A stretch of DNA of 64,000 nucleotides from Candidatus Bathyarchaeia archaeon (GTDB lineage: Archaea; Thermoproteota; Bathyarchaeia; 40CM-2-53-6), in the NCBI GenBank assembly GCA_050013255.1, contig JBEKFP010000002.1:256001-320000 (forward strand), given 5' to 3'. Made by a program: the position numbers and the translations under genes. The notes under the pieces are model-generated. The model had not been told where the DNA came from, searched no databases, and saw nothing but the letters and a program-made list of their open reading frames with translations. This document shows, piece after piece, positions 31,650 through 42,046 of the stretch; position 1 is the stretch's first letter; every line of letters starts with the position of its first letter.

Positions 31650-32567
31650 TTACGTGTCTCTTTCCAATTCGTCCAGAAAATCGTCGAACTGAGCCTTCGC
31701 CACGCAGGAGACCCTGTCAGCTCCACCGTAATAAGTCAAAAGATCACCATCGCGAATAACTGCTCCTTCTGGGAACACAACATTTGGGACCAGACCGCGT
31801 TTTTCAAACTCCATTTCGGGTTCAAGGATGGGCTTCCTAGTCCGCGCTAGAATCTTGGCGGGTTCGTCCAAATCAAGCAGAAGTGCCCCTACACGGTAGA
31901 TTCGCTGCACATCCACGCCATGATAAATCACGAGCCATCCGCGATCCGTTTTGATGGGTGGAGGGCCGACACCAACTTTCCATTCTTCCCAACGATATTT
32001 GGGTCCAATAATTTCAAAATCATCAAAGTGGGCTACATATTCGCGCCAGAACTTTTGGGAATCAATGACCGTATCAAGATTGTCGAAGTAAGCAATCTGA
32101 ATCTTCGAATTAAGTCGGTGCAGCATTGCAATTTTTCCATTCACTCTCTCGGGGAAGAGGACGCAGTCCTTGTCATCTCGGTCCGGCCCAACCAGCCCGT
32201 GCTTCTCAAAATGTGTAAAGTCTTTCGTTGACGCCAACGCAATGCGCGGCCCTCGACGCGAAAAGGCGGTGTACGTAACATAGTACGTCCCGTCGAGGGG
32301 GGTCAAACGTGGATCCTCGCATCCGAACTCCTCCCAATCCGCAGAGCCTTCAAGAACCGGGTGAGCAGAACGAAACGATATGTCTGTTCCGTTCTGTGAC
32401 TGTGCATAGCCCAAACGGGAGACCCTGTTAGCGTCCACAGCTCGGTAGAGTAGATGAATCGTGTTCCCTGCAGCGACTGCTGCTGGGTTGAATGTCCCAT
32501 CATCTTCCCAATCCACACCGGTCCTCGGTCTAATGATAGGATTCGCCTCACTCCTCGTAAGCTTCAG
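31650..32567 (-). CDS. GH130 family glycosidase/phosphorylase (probable CTG start)
   Basis: NPII, FNPAAV, LLYRA, EDPR, YTA, DKD, YHG, NVVFP, YYGGAD; frame open to 32567 behind an AGGTGA SD. Confidence 0.88.
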   Translation of the reverse strand: MKLTRSEANPIIRPRTGVDWEDDGTFNPAAVAAGNTIHLLYRAVDANRVSRLGYAQSQNGTDISFRSAHPVLEGSADWEEFGCEDPRLTPLDGTYYVTYTAFSRRGPRIALASTKDFTHFEKHGLVGPDRDDKDCVLFPERVNGKIAMLHRLNSKIQIAYFDNLDTVIDSQKFWREYVAHFDDFEIIGPKYRWEEWKVGVGPPPIKTDRGWLVIYHGVDVQRIYRVGALLLDLDEPAKILARTRKPILEPEMEFEKRGLVPNVVFPEGAVIRDGDLLTYYGGADRVSCVAKAQFDDFLDELERDT

Positions 32568-32715
32568 TAAGTTCTTTCACCTAGCATTGCCTCCCTGGAA
32601 TCAATACCAGCTAATTGACATTTGGTTCTAGACCTACCCCCGAATTTGCTGACCTGACTGTTCAGGACTGTTTGGCGCCGGCCGCAGAAACGCGCATTTC
32701 AATTTTCGTCCCCAC

Positions 32716-32870
32716 TATGCCCTGATGCCATTAGGCTTCGTAAATGTAAGTCGCTTGAGTGCGTCGACGACTTCATGCGTGTGTTTTGTGATGTCGACGT
32801 TCGTGAAGACTCGAGCGATTTGGCCTTCTTTGTCAATAATGAATGTCATTCTCTGCGCGTGTGAGCACAT
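32716..32870 (-). pseudogene. C-terminal fragment of a BCP/AhpC peroxiredoxin
   Basis: AQRMTFIIDKEGQIARVFTNVDITKHTHEVVDALK; N-terminal catalytic half absent. Confidence 0.7.
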
Positions 32871-33013
32871 GGGATGGAAATATCAGAAAAGTTGGCTAGA
32901 GCATGGACAAGGGATCAAGCTGTTCTAATCAGAGCTTTCGAAATATGTTCACAGCTCCTACGAGGAGTTGGACCCAGTGATGAAAGAGAGAAAGATTCAG
33001 ACGAGAGTTGCAG

Positions 33014-34108
33014 TTACATGGTGCTAGTTTCCACTTCATGTCGCTCAAACGCATGTGTCGTCAAACTTTGCGCCAAGAGTTTCTGGAATAATTTGATGTA
33101 TTTCTCAGCTATCTTCTCAGCCGTATTCTTCCTGGCGTACTCTTCCGCTGCTTGGATAGTTTTCATCAACATGTTACCGCTTTCCATGACCTCAATTAAG
33201 CATGCCTCGAATTCATCAGCTGTTCTGTACTTCAGGATCTCCTTATGGAAGTTCTTAAAGAACGGTGAGTCCAACGCTATGATTGGGCAGTCTGAACCAA
33301 GGCATTGATGGGCTGTGCTCGAAACGACTGCTTTCGTCTCAACCTGTCTATTGAGAATAAGGGCGTCGGAGGCGTGCAAGTAGTCGTAGAGCCGCCCTAT
33401 GTTCGGAGCTTCGTTCCTGATATCCACCTGAATGTTGCTGGCCACTATCCGATTTGGTGCATGGATGCTGACCACCAGGAGTAGGATGGGGTAGCGTATT
33501 CCCAACGTTGAGATGCTCTGCAGCAACTCAAGATCTTTCCCGACGTGTTGACCGAATACCAGCAAAATTTTACAATTCAGTGGCAGAGCCAGTTTTAGTC
33601 TCGCTTCCGCTTTATTCCCTTTTGCAATAGGGTGACATGGGAAGGGTATGACGTGGATTTTCTCTTCTGGGAAGGCCTCGCGAAGAAACTTCCTGTATCT
33701 CTGGTCGAAGCAGACTATAGAATCCCATTGAAACTGGTAGAATGAAGGGTCGGAGGGAAGTTCAGCCTCATGTATTATGTTCACGGTTCTAGCATTCTTT
33801 CTAATGTGGTGAAAGATCTTCCTCAAATCGTCTCTTGGAAGCATACCTAGGTTCTGTACAACGAAAATATCATGATCAGAATTCAGTATTGATCGAGGAT
33901 CAAGATATCCACCGACTCGGAAACACCTGGTGACGTAGCTCTCATCCTCTCCCACGAATGTGGTTCCATGAAAATCTGATTGAAGATAGGAATAGAGCCG
34001 GAGATCATGCCCTTTTCTAACCCATTCTCTGCCTATCAGCTCTGCGTGAACCGAGGAACCTGCATCAAGGTTCCAAGCGCCCATCATACCAATCTTCAAA
34101 CGTAACAT
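33014..34108 (-). CDS. GT-B fold glycosyltransferase (GT4-like)
   Basis: IHVIPFP, ARLKL, YLHASDALIL, CPIIA; adjacent to GH130. Confidence 0.8.
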   Translation of the reverse strand: MLRLKIGMMGAWNLDAGSSVHAELIGREWVRKGHDLRLYSYLQSDFHGTTFVGEDESYVTRCFRVGGYLDPRSILNSDHDIFVVQNLGMLPRDDLRKIFHHIRKNARTVNIIHEAELPSDPSFYQFQWDSIVCFDQRYRKFLREAFPEEKIHVIPFPCHPIAKGNKAEARLKLALPLNCKILLVFGQHVGKDLELLQSISTLGIRYPILLLVVSIHAPNRIVASNIQVDIRNEAPNIGRLYDYLHASDALILNRQVETKAVVSSTAHQCLGSDCPIIALDSPFFKNFHKEILKYRTADEFEACLIEVMESGNMLMKTIQAAEEYARKNTAEKIAEKYIKLFQKLLAQSLTTHAFERHEVETSTM

Positions 34109-34586
34109 CTACTAGGCATACATTCAATTCAGGAACCCCGGTACCACAATGTCTGGACGTTGATGGAGTTTCTAAAAGGTTTCTAGGTTCCTGCGTTATG
34201 AAATAGTATGAACGAGAAAGATAAACACTCTGAGGTGATGACCTTGCTCCACCCACGCTCTACCAACAAGTTCAGCATGAATAGAAACCCCGGAGGTCTG
34301 ATTCCACGCATGGGAAGGTATTCTGTTTCACGAACATTTACACAGTGATGCTTCTGCAAGTCGGACGGTTGTCAGGGCATAGTCTTCTACGCTTTCCCCA
34401 TGCTGTGCAGTCAATACCTGCGGCCTGTAATCAAATTGGTTCATGCGGGCATTGAGAGCTATCTACGTCCTCTATGTAGTGTCTGCCACATTTTGGGCAT
34501 TTAACCTGTCGTAATGTTTCCGTGTTGTGTCAGATGAGAGATGAAGGTCCGAATACTTTTCGCTTGTGGTTGTAGAAGAACATTTG

Positions 34587-34631
34587 CGTGTGCGCACCAC
34601 CGGATCGATGGGGATGTGGTTTGTTGGTGCG
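34587..34631. repeat. Two degenerate half-copies of the repeat
   Basis: CGTGTGCGCACCA and TGTGG-N5-TGGTGCG. Confidence 0.55.
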
Positions 34632-34639
34632 GGGAGTGA

Positions 34640-34964
34640 GAAATTCTCCGAGCTTCCGTCACGATTTGGGTTCTCAGTTGAATACACAGACTCGGTTGCC
34701 AACTTGCGGTATTATGAACCCGATTTCGTTGCTGTCTTGGAAAATGGTGAGCATTACCTCATTGAGACAAAAGGGCGTGAGGACCCGGACGTACCCCACA
34801 AGGATCGGGCAGCTAAACTTTGGTGCGAGTACGCAACCGACCTAGCTCAAATACGGTGGCAATATCTGAAGGTCCCTCAGCAAGACTTCAAGCGATTGGA
34901 GCCCAACGAGTTTTCGGACCTGAGCGTGTTCAAGTACGAGCAACAAACCTTACCCGCTGACTAA
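34640..34964 (+). pseudogene. C-terminal nuclease-domain fragment of a type III restriction (Res-like) enzyme
   Basis: FSVEY...YEPDFV...LIETKGRED...KDRAAKLWC (PD-(D/E)xK); helicase part absent; begins at the repeat. Confidence 0.7.
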
Positions 34965-35058
34965 TAGTATTTGGGAAGCTCCAACGGCAGACGAATCACA
35001 CGTCATAGGATACCCAGCCAACTCCTAAAACAAGCTCTTCATGTACGGGTGTGGTTAG

Positions 35059-35742
35059 GTGAGGTTGGTCACAATGGATAACATTAGGGTTACAGTCGGC
35101 GGACTCATGAGCGTAGACGGTAAGATAGCGCCCGCTGACAGAGTTGGAAGGAAGTTCTCAAGATTTATGACGGGGCGGCATCAAAGGATGTTACACACTA
35201 TCAGATCCAAGGTGGACGCGATCGTGGTAGGTGTCAATACTGTCATAACCGATAATCCTTCGCTGACTGTCAGGGAGGTGAAAGGGAAAAACCCTCTCAG
35301 AGTTGTACTCGACAGCAACGCTAGAACGCCATTGGAATCAAAGATTCTTGGTAGGGAAGCCTCAACCGTAATCGCAGTCACGAAGCATGCCCCTGAAGGC
35401 AGGGTCGAGCTTCTGCGAAGGAAGGTGGAAGTTCTCGTGTTGGGCGGCTCCCAACGCGTTGACTTGAAGGAATTGTTGGGTGAACTAAAGAAGCGCGGTA
35501 TACATTCAGTTCTAGTTGAAGGTGGAGGAGAAGCCCGCTGGGGCTTTTTCAAGGAGGGACTCGTGGACGAACTCTTCGTCTGGGTCGTACCTTACATCTG
35601 GGGAGGAAGAGATGCACCAACGCTTGTCGATGGTGAAGGTTTCCTTCAAGAAGCGGACGCAATACCGTTAAAACTCAAGAGCACCAAAGTAGTCGATAAG
35701 ACATTAATTCTCTCGTTCCGTGTAAATGGTAATCACGTCTGA
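35059..35742 (+). CDS. RibD C-terminal-type pyrimidine reductase (archaeal Rib7/ArfC-like)
   Basis: MSVDGKI, DAIVVGVNT, DNPSLT, LVEGGG, LVDEL. Confidence 0.88.
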   Translation: MRLVTMDNIRVTVGGLMSVDGKIAPADRVGRKFSRFMTGRHQRMLHTIRSKVDAIVVGVNTVITDNPSLTVREVKGKNPLRVVLDSNARTPLESKILGREASTVIAVTKHAPEGRVELLRRKVEVLVLGGSQRVDLKELLGELKKRGIHSVLVEGGGEARWGFFKEGLVDELFVWVVPYIWGGRDAPTLVDGEGFLQEADAIPLKLKSTKVVDKTLILSFRVNGNHV

Positions 35743-35951
35743 GTCATTTTCTTGAGCAACGAACTTTCAGTAGGGCCTCTCTTGTCTCGATACATCATGT
35801 AAGTCTTGATGAGCATATCCAGGAAATCATTTATCGAAATATCATTGTTGGTATCACCCGCAAATAGGTCTCTGGCTTTTTTTAGTTGGGTGAGCCTTTC
35901 AGTTTCGAAGGTTACAGTTACGGTTTCATCTGTTACCCTTGACAAACACAT
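35733..35951 (-). CDS. Small ribbon-helix-helix-like protein
   Basis: TVTVTF strand followed by two helices (ISINDFLDMLI). Confidence 0.55.
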   Translation of the reverse strand: MCLSRVTDETVTVTFETERLTQLKKARDLFAGDTNNDISINDFLDMLIKTYMMYRDKRGPTESSLLKKMTQT

Positions 35952-35955
35952 CCAC

Positions 35956-37119
35956 CTACGGCATATTCAACGAACCTAAAATGGACTCAAGCTTCTCCAT
36001 TTTTCCGCCACTTAAAGCAATCAACTTGCGTAATTCCTCTAATGCCTTTCCTTCGTCAACTGTCTGACAGGCCATTTCAAACCCATCTCTTATATCCTTC
36101 ACGTCATCGGCCGCGTAGATTATCGAGGCGGCATTCAAGAGGATGAGGTCTCTGCGCGCGCTTCTGTCTGAACCAGATAGTACCCCGACCGTGACTGCCG
36201 CATTCTCGACGTGACTGAGACGAGCAAGGACATCTTCAATCCTTCCTCGCTTTACGCCAACATCTTCTGGAAGAATCGTGTAAGTGTTTATGGAACCATC
36301 AGATTTCAATTCCGATACAACAGAATTGCCAAGGTTAGAAAATTCATCTATCATTACGTCCTCTGTCTTTCCATGTCCCAAGACCACCAAAGCTCTTTCG
36401 TAACCACAATTGCGTAGAACTGTAGCAACCTTCTCTGTGAAGGGCTTGCTCACGCCCCTGACTTGGCGTCTTATTGAAAACGGATTGAGGGCGGTCGCTA
36501 TCATCAGCCTAAGCGAATACAGCAAGGGCATCGCAGCGGACACAGATTCTTTGTGTCCCAATTCTATGAGTGGACCCATCCATGGATAGACGCCTTCAGA
36601 GGCCCACACTGCGACCCTGATTTTCTCTACACAGCTCTCGACAACATCACGAGGCACGTTCACGTTTATCCCCAAGCAGTCAGCTAAATCGGTTGATCCA
36701 GTCTTTGACGAGAAAGCTCTTGCACCACTCTTGAGGGCGTACGAACCAGCGGCAGCGGCAGCTATCACCGCCGGAGTTGTTACGTTTATGGTCGGCGCAG
36801 TATCACCGCCAGTTCCACCTGCTGTCACTAAGGGTTTGTCCACATTGAACCGGAACCTGAACTTCTTTGTCGCTTCCATGGCCGCAGCCATTGATGCAAG
36901 TTCGTCTATGGTCGGTTCTTTGATGGTCAACCCGCCGAAGAACGCAACCAACAATTCAGTAATGTCGGGCGATCGATCAGTCAATCCGTCCAGAATGGTT
37001 TTTGTGACAAATTCCGTCTCGTCGGGCTTAAGGTCTTCACGTCTTGACAGTTTGTCGAAGACCTCGCGCAATCTATTCTTCAGGTTCGGTTCCGTCGGTG
37101 TTCCAACAGAGTTCTGCAT
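35956..37119 (-). CDS. Anthranilate phosphoribosyltransferase-like protein (divergent TrpD homologue)
   Basis: GGTGGD, TINVT, SSKTGSTD, LNP, DEFS, LLNAA; KSGAR replaces the usual KHGNR. Confidence 0.8.
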   Translation of the reverse strand: MQNSVGTPTEPNLKNRLREVFDKLSRREDLKPDETEFVTKTILDGLTDRSPDITELLVAFFGGLTIKEPTIDELASMAAAMEATKKFRFRFNVDKPLVTAGGTGGDTAPTINVTTPAVIAAAAAGSYALKSGARAFSSKTGSTDLADCLGINVNVPRDVVESCVEKIRVAVWASEGVYPWMGPLIELGHKESVSAAMPLLYSLRLMIATALNPFSIRRQVRGVSKPFTEKVATVLRNCGYERALVVLGHGKTEDVMIDEFSNLGNSVVSELKSDGSINTYTILPEDVGVKRGRIEDVLARLSHVENAAVTVGVLSGSDRSARRDLILLNAASIIYAADDVKDIRDGFEMACQTVDEGKALEELRKLIALSGGKMEKLESILGSLNMP

Positions 37120-37137
37120 TGCTTAACCTCAACCGAC

Positions 37138-37677
37138 TCAAAGAGCTGCGCCGGTAATCTGAGCCCGAAGGATTCCTCGAAGAATGGCATAAGAAATCAA
37201 CGTGGACGGCACCAATTGAAGTGTAATGTAGATCGGCAATGCAACTAGGTAGAAGGTGAAAGGCAATCCGAGAGCCACGACAATCACAACGTAGGTCATC
37301 GGGATGTCCACGAGGGCGCAAGTGAGACTCAAAAGCAAGAGCCTTGTATGAAGCTTCATCCTCGGATGGAGCTTGGAAAGGACTACAGAAACAGTACCCA
37401 CCACAACCGCGAATACTAAATTAACGAAAGGCCATAGCCACGAAAGCGGATTTGCGGCCGTGATCAATCCGAGAAAAGCTTGAACCTCCGTGGTGATGAT
37501 AGCTCCGAGAGGCCCGAATATGGTCGCGGAGACTAGCAACCACGTGTATGTGTTTATGTATCCAAGGGGTGTGGCATTTCCTCCCGTAATGGCAGAGTCA
37601 GCTCTTTCGGCGAACGAGGCTATGACCCCTGCGACCACCCCCAAAACCATCGCAATCATTGCATCTCTCATTCGCAT
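37138..37677 (-). CDS. ECF transporter S-component-like membrane protein
   Basis: Hydrophobic 179 aa with ATIFGPLGAII motif. Confidence 0.7.
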   Translation of the reverse strand: MRMRDAMIAMVLGVVAGVIASFAERADSAITGGNATPLGYINTYTWLLVSATIFGPLGAIITTEVQAFLGLITAANPLSWLWPFVNLVFAVVVGTVSVVLSKLHPRMKLHTRLLLLSLTCALVDIPMTYVVIVVALGLPFTFYLVALPIYITLQLVPSTLISYAILRGILRAQITGAAL

Positions 37678-37751
37678 GCGAGTTCCTCCATTGAACTAAA
37701 CAATCATGTGAAAGACATTTACGTTATTTAGTAGGATTCCCTTTCTAAATA

Positions 37752-38312
37752 TTGAGCGCTTCAGCAAGGTTCCCTTGGATCCTGTCATACTTCCTGTTTG
37801 GCTTTTGGCCGGCGCTCCTAACTTCCGCGCTCGCTTCAGTGCTGATCAGTTTCGGCATGACAGGGATCGCCGGAGCTGGGATCAAGTTTGTTGCGACGAT
37901 GCCCCAGTTCCTTGCCTTCGCGTTGTTCGCCATGGCCTTACGTTATACGAGTTCAATTTCCTTTAGACGACTTCTGTTCTTCATACCTGTCGCCGGAGTG
38001 GCCATTGTGGTAAGGGTTCTTCTCTCCATAAGCGCAGGCACGTACATATTTGGGCCCTTGTTCTTCAACACTTCTCCTGATCTCATGCTGCAGGTTTTTC
38101 CGCCATGGCTCTATGTTTTGCTGAACATACCGCAAGCGGCTTTCAGCGATATGAGCGTACTGGCGGAGGCTCGGATCAAGATCCCGGCCGTAGTTAGACT
38201 GGCACATCAGCTTAGAGACTATGGCTTCGAATTTGAGCGTGTTCCTCTTACGGTTGACGATGCAGCCCTACAGATATCCCGAAACATGAAGAGGCAGGGA
38301 ACAGATGGCTGA
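37752..38312 (+). pseudogene. Chimeric relic: ECF S-component fragment joined to an EcfA C-terminal tail
   Basis: FLFGFWPA...GAGIKFVAT TM part, then FSDMSVLAEARIKIPAVVRLA...PLTVDDA. Confidence 0.55.
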
Positions 38313-38520
38313 TGTTGCAGTAGAAACCGAAAATTTGTCGTATGCCTATCCTAATGGGACCACAGGGCTTCGTGATGTCACTGTGATTCTGGAAAGAGGC
38401 AAGCTCATCTCGATCATGGGGCCTAACTGCTCCGGGAAGAGTACTTTCGCGAAGCAGCTCAACGGCTTGCTTAGGCCGACGAAAGGCTTGGTGAGAGTCT
38501 GCGGAATGGACAAGAGGTAC
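38305..38520 (+). pseudogene. N-terminal fragment of an ECF ATPase (EcfA)
   Basis: NLSYAYP, GPNCSGKST, LNGLLRPTKG, then similarity is lost. Confidence 0.75.
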
Positions 38521-38559
38521 GTCGTGTGCGTACATGACTCGAAGGTCCGGTCCGCTTGG

Positions 38560-38734
38560 ATTGAGTTCAACGACTATAGAGCCAATTCTCACGGGCTATC
38601 AGATTTACCACAACTATATTCGACCGCACGAAGCACTAGAGGGCAAAACACCCGCAGAAGTTGCAGGAATTCAAATCAGAGGAAAAGACAGATGGATGAC
38701 CATAATTCAGAACGCAAAAAGTAGATCAGTCTAA
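38560..38734 (+). mobile_element. IS6-like DDE transposase C-terminal fragment
   Basis: ILTGYQIYHNYIRPHEALEGKTPAEVAGI...WMTIIQNA. Confidence 0.75.
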
Positions 38735-38988
38735 TTCGAGTTCTCTGTTTTCCGAGAAATACTCCAGAATCGCTGATTATCCGTTCTCCGTAGATACTTC
38801 CACCAGAATAGCAGTTGTATTGTAAGAACGAAAAACGTAAGACCAGTAGTTAACGCTATGACTTCAAAGAAATTAGCTACGAAAGTTTGCATGTGACGTG
38901 AAGCAGTATAGAAAACAGCGGCATTAATGAAAATAACGGTAGACAAAACTCGTAAGAATAGGTGTTCTTTGCTCGTTAATCCTTTCAA
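38731..38988 (-). CDS. Small two-TM hypothetical protein
   Basis: Two hydrophobic helices. Confidence 0.5.
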   Translation of the reverse strand: MKGLTSKEHLFLRVLSTVIFINAAVFYTASRHMQTFVANFFEVIALTTGLTFFVLTIQLLFWWKYLRRTDNQRFWSISRKTENSN

Positions 38989-39000
38989 CTTTCTTCCCTC

Positions 39001-39216
39001 CTAACGCACATTGAGTACGCCGTATCTCCAGAGGACGAACCAAATGTTAATGAGGAGCGGCACCAGCGTAACAACAATGACCAAGAACGTCAGTACGCCA
39101 TAGCCGAATCTCCTTGTCTTCACGTGGTTTATTGATATCAGGTAAAATATGATTGCGTCGGTAAGAGCAATAATGATGATTGCACGAAGGGTTAAGTCAT
39201 AAAGTAACGAAAGCAT
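39001..39216 (-). CDS. Small two-TM hypothetical protein
   Basis: GGAGGTGA SD upstream; two hydrophobic helices. Confidence 0.65.
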   Translation of the reverse strand: MLSLLYDLTLRAIIIIALTDAIIFYLISINHVKTRRFGYGVLTFLVIVVTLVPLLINIWFVLWRYGVLNVR

Positions 39217-39574
39217 TTAACTCACCTCCTCTCGTTTCGGCTTTGATGGATTCGATTGACGAGGCTTGACAACTTTCTTCCCTCGTTAGGCTAAGTAAGG
39301 AGCCACGCTCATACAGGTTCCCCTAGTTTTCACGAATCGAAACATGGTTCCGTGTGCAAAGGGCTAGAAACGGTAAGATCGAATCCCACCAAACGAAAGT
39401 AAACAGCCCAAAGCACCAAACGACAACGACGCGTTACCCTCTATGGTCGTTATTATCAGTCTAAGTTACGATTGGTAAATTCCTCCCAAGGCTTTACTAC
39501 GAATCAGGGAACCCCTCTGAAACGGCTCAAAATCAGGAGAGCACGTTCAAAATAAGGCTGTTAAACCCATGATA

Positions 39575-39605
39575 TGGTGGGGCCGGTGGGATATGAACCC
39601 ACGAC
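39575..39605 (-). other. Isolated tRNA 3'-half fragment (att-site-like)
   Basis: GTC-GTGGG-TTCATAT-CCCAC-CGGCCCC-A-CCA: T-arm, acceptor 3' strand and CCA, with no 5' half. Confidence 0.75.
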
Positions 39606-39862
39606 AAGGAGTTATCGAAAAAAGCCGGGGACAAGAAAGTTTTCTTCACGGTCACCGTCAACATTGCCTCACGCAAAATACAGAACTTGCAGGAGTACTG
39701 AACAGTCATTCGAAGCCTGTGCAGTACGTGGCTCATTTGTGATGTTTGCGCTTTGCGTTTTCGTGTTTGAGCTTGTGCGTAGTTAGATCGTGGAACTGAA
39801 CGGTTCTGTTGCATACTGGACAAGTTATTTTGGACATATCTTGTCAAAGGATGAGGAGATAT

Positions 39863-40090
39863 TTACGAACTTGCATTTTGGATGATTGTTAGCCATCTGT
39901 CTTTCTTTGCCTCAAATCTGAATCACTGCGGCTTCTGCTGGCGTTTGTCCTTCTAGTGCCATGTGCGGTCTTACGTAATCGTGGTTGGTTTGCATGCTTT
40001 TCAGAATCGATGTATCCATCTTCTTTAAGTTACGAGTAACTTTCTCTCGGTCGCGGATTTCTCCTCATTCGTTCCATCTTGGTATTGTGA
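39863..40090 (-). mobile_element. Second IS6-like transposase C-terminal relic (frameshifts, stop)
   Basis: NTKMER/EIRDREKVTRNLKKMDTSIL...HDYVRPHMALEGQTPAEAA. Confidence 0.75.
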
Positions 40091-40225
40091 TGTCGCTCTA
40101 GTTGGCTTCAGGTCGCTTAACCCGTCCAGTTCGAATAGATCTTTAGCTTCCCGGATCGCCCATTCAAAATGACGCCAACTCACATTTATCCCGAAATGTG
40201 GAGTCATCGAACTTCCGCATGAAAA

Positions 40226-41071
40226 CTAGGTGGCAATAAGGTGCGAGAGGATTCCTGTGATTGGAGTCTTTTCCGCCCCTTCCAGGATGGTGAGCCTGCC
40301 TGTCTTCCTCCTAAGCGAGAGTTGGATTTGTCCCCTGAAACCCCTCACTCTGGCATCGCGAACCTCAACTCGGTCGCCCTCGGAGATTGTTCCTATCTGA
40401 TTGTTCCATACAGAGAGAGGGATTTCTCCGGTACCGTCGGAGAGCGTAACGGAGCAGACCAAGAGGGGGACCCCGTCCCTCGAGGTCACAGCTCTCACTT
40501 CTGATTTCTTGACCACAACCGCCTTGAAAGATACGCTCTTCAACCCTAACCTCATATCTCTAATGCTCCTCTCACCCTTCGCATCAAGTTTTTTTGCTTC
40601 GCGTTCTTGAATGGCATCAATGTAGCGTGAAAATCGTTCCGGCGGATTCCTCAACATTTCAACCGAATCATTAGGGATGTCCGCTTGCGCCAACCACTTG
40701 CCCTCAACTGAGAACATGTACGTTGAAGAAGCTGCACCGTGTTGACGCGTTTGAATAGAAACCTTTCCACACCGGGAGTTACCGCGGTTTCGTGCAACTA
40801 GAATCGAGGCACGAAGAAGATTGGGCTTTAGATTATGCTTCTTTGTGATCTGAAGTAGATAGATAAAGTCTCTGTCCAGACCGCGAATCCCTGTTAGGTT
40901 CCTTAGCGCAGTTAAGATATTTCGACTCTCAATCAATATGACGCCATGAGTAATAAAGCGACCCCCAATAATTGGGGCTGATTCTCTGTCCTCCTTCAGA
41001 GATCTGCTTGTCTCAAGAGCACCACGTCTGCAGTCATTCTTCGCGCGCGCAAGGCACGCTCGCTTACTCAA
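40226..41071 (-). CDS. Protein with C-terminal single-stranded DNA-binding OB fold (start probably further downstream)
   Basis: IRDMRLG...TLSDGTGEIPLSVWNNQ...EGDRVEV...FRGQIQL. Confidence 0.8.
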   Translation of the reverse strand: MSKRACLARAKNDCRRGALETSRSLKEDRESAPIIGGRFITHGVILIESRNILTALRNLTGIRGLDRDFIYLLQITKKHNLKPNLLRASILVARNRGNSRCGKVSIQTRQHGAASSTYMFSVEGKWLAQADIPNDSVEMLRNPPERFSRYIDAIQEREAKKLDAKGERSIRDMRLGLKSVSFKAVVVKKSEVRAVTSRDGVPLLVCSVTLSDGTGEIPLSVWNNQIGTISEGDRVEVRDARVRGFRGQIQLSLRRKTGRLTILEGAEKTPITGILSHLIAT

Positions 41072-41399
41072 TGAGATACACGGTCTCAGCGCCTAATCGC
41101 AGGGCATGCGAATTTTGGCTACGCAACATCAAACTGGGGCGCCTCCCAGTTTCGAGGGTACACTACTGCCAGCGAATGCCTGGGCGTACAGAAGACGGAT
41201 CCGTTGGCCTGGGAAGGGAAAGGAAGACTCCTCATGGTCTTCCAAAACCTCCACGCCATCTCCGACTCCTTCGACATCTGCAAATTCAACGCGTAGCTGT
41301 TCAGAAGAGGCGTACGAGCAGGGCGTATGGTTGTGATTCTAAAACGGGCAGGAGAAAAAGGGGAGTGTGGACCCTGGTTAACCAGAGTCCTAGTTCTAG

Positions 41400-41495
41400 G
41401 GCTCACCAGACTAAGGAAGGAGCTTGTCGGCGTTCCTAATCCAGTGACGTCGTCGTATCCTGGCGTTGTCGCTAGGCTGAGTGTCTGGTCCATTG
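41400..41495 (-). pseudogene. Extreme C-terminal fragment of an S53 (sedolisin) peptidase
   Basis: TTPGYDDVTGLGTP motif in isolation. Confidence 0.55.
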
Positions 41496-42046
41496 TTCGC
41501 AGCCGATAGTATCGTAATCCGGTCTCATTTCTTCAAGCATCCTCCTTAGTGGTCAGGTACCCCACAACCTCAACTTATCTTTAATTTGTTTGGGTGTCAT
41601 CATTTTTTGAGTCACCTTTCTTCTCAAAAGAATCTCCAACCCACCGCCCAACCGCCATACAAAATGTGTTGTCCTCGGTTTCGATGTGTTGGTGTGGGCC
41701 TTCATATTCTTTGCAGCTTGCGACCTGAACATACTTACGCTGCTTCGCTGCACTCAATGTGCTAGTTCCTCCCGAATCTGCGCTACAACCAAGAAAGATA
41801 ACTTGAACAACCTTCTGATTCGAAGTAACTCTTCGGCCTCTTCTGGTTTTCTGGTCAGTCTGTACATTGCATATAGAACAGAACTAACTACGCTGTCTTG
41901 GAAGTAAAGGTTCTTCGATGAGCTGACAGTTAACAGCCGAAAAAGCTGAGAGACATCAGCTATCAAGTTAACGTTACCCTCCGCCCGTTATCGCGAGCGT
42001 CGCCGCGAGCCTTCGAATCATAATCTGGAACCTAGCTAGGATCGAG

